Shown: piece by piece, positions 55,692 through 64,000 of the stretch | How the letters are laid out: each line of letters begins with the position of its first letter | How positions within the stretch are numbered: position 1 is the stretch's first letter | Source: Epithemia pelagica | Taxonomy: Eukaryota > Protista > Bacillariophyta | DNA length: 64,000 bases | Direction: 5' to 3' | Assembly (NCBI GenBank): GCA_946965045.2 | Contig: OX337242.1 | Coordinates: 1,364,001-1,428,000 of the forward strand | The notes under the pieces: generated by a model | What the model saw: only the letters and a program-made list of their open reading frames with translations | The model's database searches: none | What the model was told of the DNA's origin: nothing | Program-made: the position numbers and the translations under genes

Positions 55692-57321
55692 ACTCTATTT
55701 GCAGTGGATGGATCTGCTGCGTCGTCATGGACACCTTCGCGGTAAATTTCTAAGCGGCAACGATGTGGTGAACGTTTGGTGGGCCCCTGAATCCTGCCCC
55801 CTTTAGGAATGAGATCACGGGGGCATCATAGTCCCAGCTACCCGCTACCCGGTCTCTAGAGTCTACAATAGGTAGAGTTTCCCTCAGTTGTTTTCTGTTT
55901 TCCGCGAGTTTTCCAATGATCATGGAACGAATTCTAACAGAAAAAATGATTCCCTGTAACCTGTAAGCATCACAGATAAAGGAGAGCTCTCAATTGCCAT
56001 GAGCATACCGATGGAGCGGGAAAAGAGGAGCCTTCAGGTTGCTGCTGCAACGAAGGACTGCCACGACCGACTTCTCTGTGCTGAAGTACCCGAGATTGGT
56101 CAAGAGAGATATCTATGTACTCCAACGAGTAAAAGTTATCGGATTTCTTGCAGTGAGGACTTCCATGGTCATTTGGTATCGGTAATCGTTACCCAGGTGA
56201 GGGTGAGTAGTACTCCTATCAAGACTCAAGGCTACTAGAGCCACTCCTCTAGTTACTAGAGAGAGTAGGAGGTAGGAGTAGCTAGCTAGAGGAGTAGCTA
56301 TGTGTCCTAGAGGAACTTTCCTCAAGAAATTTCTGTGGGCGTAACCGGACATATCGGAAAATACTCGTAAGACTCGAAGAAAAAGCGGGATTCATGATGC
56401 TACGAATACAAGTAGGAGTTAGGAGTACGTGTACTCGTACGAGTGTATTATTATACTCGTTCTCGTAGTATAGTCATTACATTTGTTTTGATCCCGTTGG
56501 GAACGAACTTATTTTGCCGCAGTCATAACAACGTAGGTGGTATTCGGATGGGAGAAGATTGCTTTTAGGTACTTCTACAATAGATTTTTTCTTTCGCGCG
56601 CTTTCCCTCTTTGCATGCCGACAAGACTTGATTGATTCGTTAAAAGATGAAGCGTTGCTCGCGCAAGAGCTGTTCTTTTTCGTCTAAGTATTTGTTCTGA
56701 AGCTACACGTGGCCTAAGATATTTTAACGTGTTTTAACGGTAAGTTTTGATGGGGCAATATACCAATGGGGAGATACTTATAAATGATTTAGGAAGACAT
56801 GTCGCACATGGAAATTTTGATCCCTTTGCGCGGTCGTACCCGTCTGTACCGGTCTTGTAAGTATCCTCTAATTAGAAGAGGAAGGTTCTCCTACAAGACT
56901 TTCACACGACTTGCAAACACAGGTCCGTTGGTCCTGTAAGGTTTCGTTCTGTGTGACAAAATGCGCGGTCTTCTTGACTTTAGCGCGATTTTGTACCAGT
57001 ATAGGATTTGGAGTACTGGCCGTCCTTCCATAATACGTCGCTGTCCTGTGAATGTGTCGCGCAAGACGCAACCAACCGACAAAAACTTCCTTTCCACGCC
57101 TCACAGAGAAGCCACATGCAACTGTGTGTGGGTCCTGTGTTTGTGTGACATTCGCGCGACTTCTGGTTTCAGCGATGACAAAAACAAACGGAGGCTCCTG
57201 AAACTTGAAACAAACAAACACCCGCAGGAATAAGACCGCAAAGCTTGCAGTTTATCCAAACAAACGGACCTTATAGCTTGTAAACCACTCTCGGATCAAC
57301 CGAATCTCAATTTCCGGCACG

Positions 57322-58911
57322 ATGACCGCGGCGGCGTTGGTTCCATCAAGAGTGCTGAAGCGACGAAGCAGTTCAAATGTCCTGGAGGATGTTGCAAACA
57401 AGCGAAATCAACAACAGGCAACTTCCTCGCAATTGAATGAATCATCCAGCAATGTCTTTCAATGGATGGAGACATGTGCGGCTGGATTGTTTTCGTCGTG
57501 TGATGTAACAACGAGTACACCATCGGCCTGGAAGCAGGAAGAAAGGAACGAAACTTTGCATTCTCTTGATTTCGCTCAACTACATGACCACTTCCTGGAA
57601 TCCCTCTTGCAAGAAGCAACAAGATCGCCCCCTTCCAAAAGCAACAATATCAATGATCGGAGTGGGAAAAGCTCGCCTACTCCAATCATCGCCGATGACA
57701 GTGACTCCTCCGTCCTATCCGCAAACCGGAGAAGAAGGCTTGCCCGGTTACGCAAACACGATGGGAAACACGTCTCGCTAGATGCACAAACACTTCCAGT
57801 GAAACCTATTGACCCTTCCGCACTACCTTTACTTCCTGGACATTTTCTTCATGAGCATGTGCGCATGCAGAAAGACAAGGGGCGGGGAGAGGATCCGGGG
57901 TCATTGATCTGTGCCAGAGGTGAGGAAGCATGTCTAGAAAAGTTACGAGCAAAGATGCAGCTCTTGTGCAGTACTGCAATTCAGGAAAAGGGCGCCAGCA
58001 TGAAGCGAAGGGCTGCCAGGGTTTCAATACACTTGAACAATTTCGTGGAAACAAGAAGTATACTAGAAGTACGGCTGGGATTCCTATCGATGATGTATGG
58101 GATACTTCTTCGATGGGATACAAATGTAACTGGAAAGATCACCTTGGTTGTCCTACGGAAAATGTGCTACGAATCCTTTTACCCCAATGCCCCAGCAATG
58201 GCGCTAAGCCCCAGCACGAGTGGAAGCAGCGGTGATGAGGAGAATTACCACAGAGATAGATCGTCTCCACGGGTTGTGGAAGGGAAGGCCATTGTGGACT
58301 GGCCTGATGGAACAGAAGTCAGCATTCTCGAACCCCCATATCTTATCGATAGACCAGACAAATTTCGGCCAACGGTTCTGACGATCTCGTCCTTGAGTGC
58401 GTCTGGATTGGATCGAAAAGGCAGCTGGACTGTGGAGTTTTCTCTCAATCTACAAGTCGTGACTCTGAATCTAGTTTACGATGAGTCAAAAGGCGCCTTT
58501 CTACCAAGAACATCATGGCAAGGAACCACTTATGAAGTTGATTCGTTCGATGGGATACTGGACGTGAAACTGTATCAATTTCGACAGCGAAAAAGAAGGT
58601 GTATTGGAACTGTGGAAGTTCCGTTAACCAGCCTTCCCCTTCGCAAAGACCCGTCAACGCACATGTCCATACCCTGTAAAGATGCGAAGCTTGATATGGA
58701 TTTGGTAATGGAGTCCGAGTATCTGGAATGGACACGAAGAGAACTCGAGGCCCGACGCAAGACATCAAACTTTTTTTGGCCTCGAACTACGGCAAAGACA
58801 TTGACGACGACAAGACCCAAATCGCCTGCTCCTCCTCCCATGGTTGTGGAAACCGATGACGATGAGGATCCGGACGATCCATGGGGCTGGATTCTTTGTT
58901 ACGCGTGCTAG
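57322..58911 (+). CDS. Hypothetical protein with C-terminal C2-like beta domain and Cys-ending tail
   Basis: 529-aa ORF; LGFLSMMYGILLRWD...LVVLRKMC block; LDVKLYQF..KRRCIGTVEVPLTSL resembles C2 strands. Confidence 0.75.
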   Translation: MTAAALVPSRVLKRRSSSNVLEDVANKRNQQQATSSQLNESSSNVFQWMETCAAGLFSSCDVTTSTPSAWKQEERNETLHSLDFAQLHDHFLESLLQEATRSPPSKSNNINDRSGKSSPTPIIADDSDSSVLSANRRRRLARLRKHDGKHVSLDAQTLPVKPIDPSALPLLPGHFLHEHVRMQKDKGRGEDPGSLICARGEEACLEKLRAKMQLLCSTAIQEKGASMKRRAARVSIHLNNFVETRSILEVRLGFLSMMYGILLRWDTNVTGKITLVVLRKMCYESFYPNAPAMALSPSTSGSSGDEENYHRDRSSPRVVEGKAIVDWPDGTEVSILEPPYLIDRPDKFRPTVLTISSLSASGLDRKGSWTVEFSLNLQVVTLNLVYDESKGAFLPRTSWQGTTYEVDSFDGILDVKLYQFRQRKRRCIGTVEVPLTSLPLRKDPSTHMSIPCKDAKLDMDLVMESEYLEWTRRELEARRKTSNFFWPRTTAKTLTTTRPKSPAPPPMVVETDDDEDPDDPWGWILCYAC

Positions 58912-59647
58912 ACAAGCTCGTTCTCTGGTAGACATTCTGGGACTCCCCATGGAGGGACAAGCGTGAATTGAATATATTATTGCTCGTGTTGATTCATCTT
59001 CAATACAGCATATTATAATTGTAGCGTTCCCAGTCACTCTACTACTATACTCTTTGGAACAGCTTGTAGCGGGTCTGTATATCAACTTCGCCAGAAGTGG
59101 CAACGAATTTTTCATCAGATGAAAAACTGTAGGCATAATGCTGACCCCTATCCATGACATTCGTTTTCTCAAAGATCCACATGATACCAAGTCTGAAGCC
59201 AAAACAAATCTCAATGCTACAAGATTACAAAGTTGGCGATCCTCGGGGACACAAAAGATGCCTGCTCGTCCTTTTCGAGAGCGCGTCGGCAAGGGGACCC
59301 TTGTCAGACGAGAAAAGGTCCAATCCCGGTCCTACCTATTCATGCCCTTGCGACAAAGATCACCCCTCCCTTTCGTCATCGATTTGCGACAGTACGAACA
59401 CCACCCGATTTTTCTCTTCGCAATCGGACAGTTTCGTATATAGATCAGAGTTATCATGCAGAACAGCAAGGGCATGTATTTAGGCTAACTAGTGATACAG
59501 AGCGATGGACCGCAGAAACTTTCGACTTTCCATGGTTATGGAAGCTTCGTGACCACATCACATCCAAAGGACACTGCTAGCATATGAAACATGAATATGA
59601 GCAACAAAAATAAATGCATGGCATGGGATGATTGTGAAGGACAATTT

Positions 59648-60649
59648 CTAGACGTCGTCCAACGCAGAGTCTTGGAAATTTGCAAAGGACTCGTGGAAAT
59701 TGGAATCATCTTCAGACGTAGAATCCTCGACATCGTGCTCCCCATTGGATTCGTCGACATGCTTCTTCTTGCTTTTCTTTTTCTTCTTTTTCTTTTTCTT
59801 GTCCTTTTTCTTCTTGGTGCTATCGTCATTCACTTCGGACTCCACAAAAGATTCATGCAACTCCGAATCGCTGGCAGCAGTGCCCACGAAGGACTCTTGG
59901 AAATCAGAATCTTCGACCGCGCTAGAGTAGTCTCCGTCCTCTTCATCACCAAAGAACTCAGGATTGTCCTTTTTCTTATGTTTCTTTTTGTGCTTCTTTT
60001 TGTGTTTCTTCTGTTTCTCTTCAACGACAGCCGACACGTCAACAGATTCGGAATGATCTGTATCCTCATAGTACTCACCATCCTCTCGATATTCTTTCTT
60101 TTTCTTCTTTTTCTTTTTCTTCTTCTTCTTGGCTTCGCCTGCTTCCCCGTCTAGAGTGGCAACAACAGGGATGGCCGCAGCGGGAACAGGCTCGGCCAAA
60201 GAGAAATCCGGCTCATTCGACCCAAAAAACGACTCAGGATCAGGCCGCACTTCATATGCTTGGATTTCTCCTTTCGATACGGTCATATCGTACCCATGAC
60301 TGTCATTGTTGGTGCTATCCATTAGATGCTCTGTTTCGTCCTCGGCATCCGCTTCGTACGTGTCGTCAAGTTGTTCTTGTTTCTGGTTGTCTCCACCTCC
60401 ACCTCGGTCCTCAATGACAGAGGTGGCTACGGGTGTGGGTAGAGCCCGACTTTGGAAATGCCCATCGAGTACAAGACTGGATCGCACAAACCATTCATCA
60501 TCATGATCTCGATCTGTTTCAATCACTGGTAGAGGACGCGGATACGGGTCCACCACAAGCACGCTATCGCAGCAACAACCACGATCCGCCGTTCTTCGGA
60601 AACGAGCCAGTCGATACTTGGGTACTCCTCGTGCTGTACATGCAAACAA
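59648..60649 (-). CDS. Hypothetical acidic/poly-Lys low-complexity protein (start uncertain)
   Basis: Open frame of 333 codons with KKKK tracts and repeated FQESFV/LHESFV/FHESFA motifs; the track start is TTG, so the 5' end is unresolved. Confidence 0.55.
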   Translation of the reverse strand: MFACTARGVPKYRLARFRRTADRGCCCDSVLVVDPYPRPLPVIETDRDHDDEWFVRSSLVLDGHFQSRALPTPVATSVIEDRGGGGDNQKQEQLDDTYEADAEDETEHLMDSTNNDSHGYDMTVSKGEIQAYEVRPDPESFFGSNEPDFSLAEPVPAAAIPVVATLDGEAGEAKKKKKKKKKKKKEYREDGEYYEDTDHSESVDVSAVVEEKQKKHKKKHKKKHKKKDNPEFFGDEEDGDYSSAVEDSDFQESFVGTAASDSELHESFVESEVNDDSTKKKKDKKKKKKKKKSKKKHVDESNGEHDVEDSTSEDDSNFHESFANFQDSALDDV

Positions 60650-60874
60650 GTCAAGTCAGACGTTTGTCGTGCAATTGTCATGTAATCAATATACTTCTCC
60701 GTCGACACAACTGGATCACTGCACCAATGTTATTTACCTTGAGCATAGTCTTCCAAAGCCTTTCTCCAGATTGCAAGAAACTCTTCGCTGGCCACAGCGG
60801 CGGGAGGAAAAACAACTTGTCAGACCCAAAAGTAAATGATTGATCGATCCTCCCATGGGTGTACGATGTTTCGT

Positions 60875-61815
60875 TCAAACACCTCCAGCTTCTCCTCCAT
60901 CTTTTGTCCGTGGAAAAACTTGTTCACTTACCGTCGCGCAGCAGCCATCACAGTCACAGCAAGTGTCACAGCTAGAAAAAGGATTGCAAAAACCCATACC
61001 CACGTCGTACAGTGGAAGGCCAAAGCATAAACAAGTGCGGAGATCGAAAAAGTTACAACGAGAGGAACTGATCACTTCTCCGCAACACGGACTATGAATT
61101 ATGAAAGGTTGGTGAGATATCAAGATTTATATCGATATTTCAGTGAAGCCACCACAGATTTCACGTACCGGCAGTCAATCAGGGCGCAACAAAACCTCGG
61201 TGTCCCGCTGGAAATCACGGGAGGACCGAGACAGACGCATGGGATACAGAAGCAGCAGGTCCCTGATGCGCTCGGAAGCTTATCAAAATAGCTGACTGTC
61301 ACCTGGTCCTTGATACATATCTCTTGTGAGAGACAGAGACTGGGATAGGGATGAGAAAGGAAGATTGTTCTCAACACACGCAATGTTTTCAGCTCTTGAG
61401 AAGTTGTTCCTTACCAGGGGAAACAAGGTCGATTGTACTCGATTCTATTCTCATATACTCGAGCATAGAAGCGTTTCTTGGCGGCCTTGGGAACAAAGCA
61501 CTGACAACATATACAAGGGCAGCAGGGACAGGGAGCAAATTCTTTAAATTCCAGTTCGCCATAGAGACGTGCGCCTGCCGAGGGAGCCAATTTCTTGGAC
61601 ATTCCAAAGGACTGATTGTTTGAGTTTACAACCACTGGAGGCCTCACAGAAGGTTCCTTGCTGGTCTGCTGATGAATGGACGTGTGGGAAGCCTCACATG
61701 TCAAAGCAGACGACGAAGACGCTGCCATGGACTTTTCGACCATGGATCGATGCGATTTCGAAAGATTCTTGGCCGTCGATGTGGACTTCATATGCGCAGG
61801 TCCAAGGGAAAACAT
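60875..61815 (-). CDS. Cys-rich hypothetical protein, three exons (..61415; 61339-61169; 61091..); start at 61815 or 61602
   Basis: Introns 61414-61340 (gtaagg..cccag) and 61168-61092 (gtacgt..catag) join three track ORFs in frame: CPCCPCICC...YARVYENRIEYNRPCFPC-LCLSQEICIKDQVTVSYFD...IDCR-PCCGEV. The 3' end is less certain. Confidence 0.7.
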
Positions 61816-62503
61816 GGTAGAAGCCTTTTTCACCCCGTCGTCGGGGTACTTCGCTTTCGGAAACTTTCAAGGTGGCTGAAGGTACACACAAAAGTGGATC
61901 TTTGTTATATTTTCTTGACTTGAGACAAACGATGCAAGTTGCCGTGTGAGACTTGCATCTTGCATGTGTTTTTACGCTTTGTCTGTTCAGAGTTCAGACT
62001 CTCATTTTTTAAGACCGATTCGGAACAGGCTTGTCATACAGCGAGCGTGCACCCGTACTCTTGAACCGAGACTAAGTGATTGTACAGAGACTACGAGTAC
62101 TCATATCGTATATGTATTGTAAGAGTGCGCGTGTGCCCGCGTGACGACCGTCTCATTTTTTGTTCCCGTTCATCCCTCATGTTTCTGTGTTTTGCCCAGA
62201 GTCGGTGAAGATGATGAGAGTCTCGTTCTTGTCCCAACGCATATGGTAGATTGTACCTACCCGAAGCGATCCTCCATTTTCTCTTCTGTACCAACCCACG
62301 GACTCTCCGTCGTTGCTCTGACGTCCTGGGCCTGCCATCGGCATATTACTCTAAGAACTAGAAACCGTTGAAAACCCCAAAAGATCTATGCTACTTCGGG
62401 AAAAATATAGAATCCGTAACATGATAGGGATCAGTGTCGCCTTTTGGTCTCGGTTGTTCGCAAGAGATGAACACGATACCAATAGTTTTATCATGGCATG
62501 ACT

Positions 62504-63832
62504 TTAGTCAAAGAACTCAGCGTATTTTTGCTCGTAAATGACGGTCTTTCGAGGACAATGGCCTTGCACCACACGATGTACTGTCGCACTTGGCAAACCA
62601 GCAGCCATCTGCAAGGCTTTTCCTGCAAATAAGAGGAGCTGACATTGATTTGGTTCGTCTGGCAAAAGTGGACTGTTTGGACCATCGCACTCGAGCCATT
62701 TGCCCTTGTGCCATAGTTGCAAACCACGCGAAAAGGGCCAAATAAAGGGTTCAACCACGCACAAGGATGGATCCACGTGCGCCTTTACTGCGATTGGTGT
62801 CGTATCATCCGGTTGCTGGAGTGTGGGACTTTTCTCGTCGGAAGGGGGAAGCGCCGTTTCATTGAAATAATGCATGGCATAAAACACAGAAAAGTCTCCG
62901 GACCGGTCTCGAATGGACCCTGGAGGTAATTCAAAGTAAGCTGCCTGATGCTTGGTCGTTCCGTTAGCTGTACTTTTGGGAGACCAAGAAGAAGCATACG
63001 AATACGGTCGTTTCCGTCTCCTCACTACACCTGGTGGTGTGGATTGATTGCTCATGCCGTTATCCCCCAATGTACCCGTCATATTTTCACAATGCTTCAA
63101 TACCAAGTCCAGCACGGCATCCGTCAAATGTCGCAGGAGGGCCATGCTTTGCAAGAACAGTGTGCGTTGTTCGCGAGACACAAACTTGACTTCATCCGGA
63201 TCCAAACCACCTGCAAGTCGTACAATTTCTCGAATCTGGTCTTCTGTTCTTTCGTATCCCAATCGATACATGGGAACATCTCGTTCTGAAACATAGATCA
63301 TGTTGGATGTCATGCGTTCCGCGTGTGTAGGGAACAATTGCTCTCCTTTTATATGAGACCAAAGATTTGTCAAGATTTGACCTGGTTTAGATTCTGTAGG
63401 ACATGTGATTAGGAATGCTCCATGTTCACAGAGAGCACGGTGCAGATCTTTCGCTAGGGATTTGACAATTTCTCTTTCGCAGCCTTGATAGAGGAGTGCG
63501 TTGTGACATAGGAAAATTTCATTCAATGCGAATGAGGGAAGAATCGGAACGTTTCCTTGGCCTTTTGGGGCGCTATGTTGTAGAGGCGACAATACAGAGA
63601 AGCGTGATGTTGGTTGAAGGGAAACAGACATCTCCTGGTGCCCCTTCAAAGAGCATGGTAGGAGGTTGGTTCAAAAGGGGGTTTTGTTCTATTTGTTGGG
63701 TGGTTGTGTGAGGGGTACCTGTTCAAATTGCTGTCCAGGGAACGGAAGTGAATCCATCCAGCTCTTCGCCGCAGTCAGTCGAAACGACCAACGCATATTC
63801 TCGCGGAGTCCCGGAGAGCTTTCCATTGTCAT
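62504..63832 (-). CDS. 2-oxoglutarate/Fe(II)-dependent oxygenase (IPNS/DIOX-like)
   Basis: HRALCEHGAFLI (N-domain), AHVDPSL (HxD), ATVHRVV (distal His), RKTV. Main exon 62504-63634; a putative first exon 63832-63719 via an 84-nt intron is less certain (alternative ATG at 63631). Confidence 0.8.
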
Positions 63833-64000
63833 CACAGGTTTGGTTGACTTGCGTTTGACCGTGGTCAATCGGAATAGTACATACATAGAGATTCTATACG
63901 AGTACAGTCAATGAGAACTTTGCGCACGCGAGAGGCAGCGCTTTCCTGACATGGCAACGAATGAAGATCCGAGGCATGGGTAAAAACTAATTCATTCCCC

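Noticed and set aside
58930-59600. Overlapping 100-115 aa ORFs downstream of the C2-like gene
   Set aside because: No motifs or coding signal; treated as intergenic.
63975-63990. catgggtaaaa match to the inverted-repeat arms
   Set aside because: Only about 11 nt with no flanking similarity; compatible with chance.

Overview
Gene-dense eukaryotic DNA. Short GT-AG introns, bipartite plastid presequences of the ASAFAP type and low-complexity N/Q/S-rich proteins point to a diatom, probably a pennate one (inference). About 28 protein-coding loci can be supported. They include two tandem SLC10A7/SBF-like transporters (one cut by the window edge), a plastid DUF4239 protein, quinolinate synthase NadA, PRP40-like, alpha-SNAP, Tho1/SARNP, a plastid AroK-remnant/AroD/AroE fusion, a Zn/Cd-type P1B-ATPase, a KDM4-like JmjC demethylase, a scramblase, HINT3-like, a plastid S1-domain protein, a 2OG-Fe(II) oxygenase and several unknown proteins. 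No rRNA, tRNA, CRISPR array or intact transposase was recognised. The most notable observations are: (1) a 486-aa protein built from two tandem copies of an unrecognised ~220-aa domain; (2) a protein with two dsRBDs fused to a GNAT-like fold; (3) a ~700-bp inverted duplication carrying an F-box-like/four-CxxC gene that brackets a divergent gene pair; (4) several loci broken by in-frame stops, including a divergent SDR / PNPOx-like pair with one nonsense codon each; (5) a decayed Cys-rich repeat gene hidden in intergenic DNA. All family calls come from motif recognition by eye; no searches were run.
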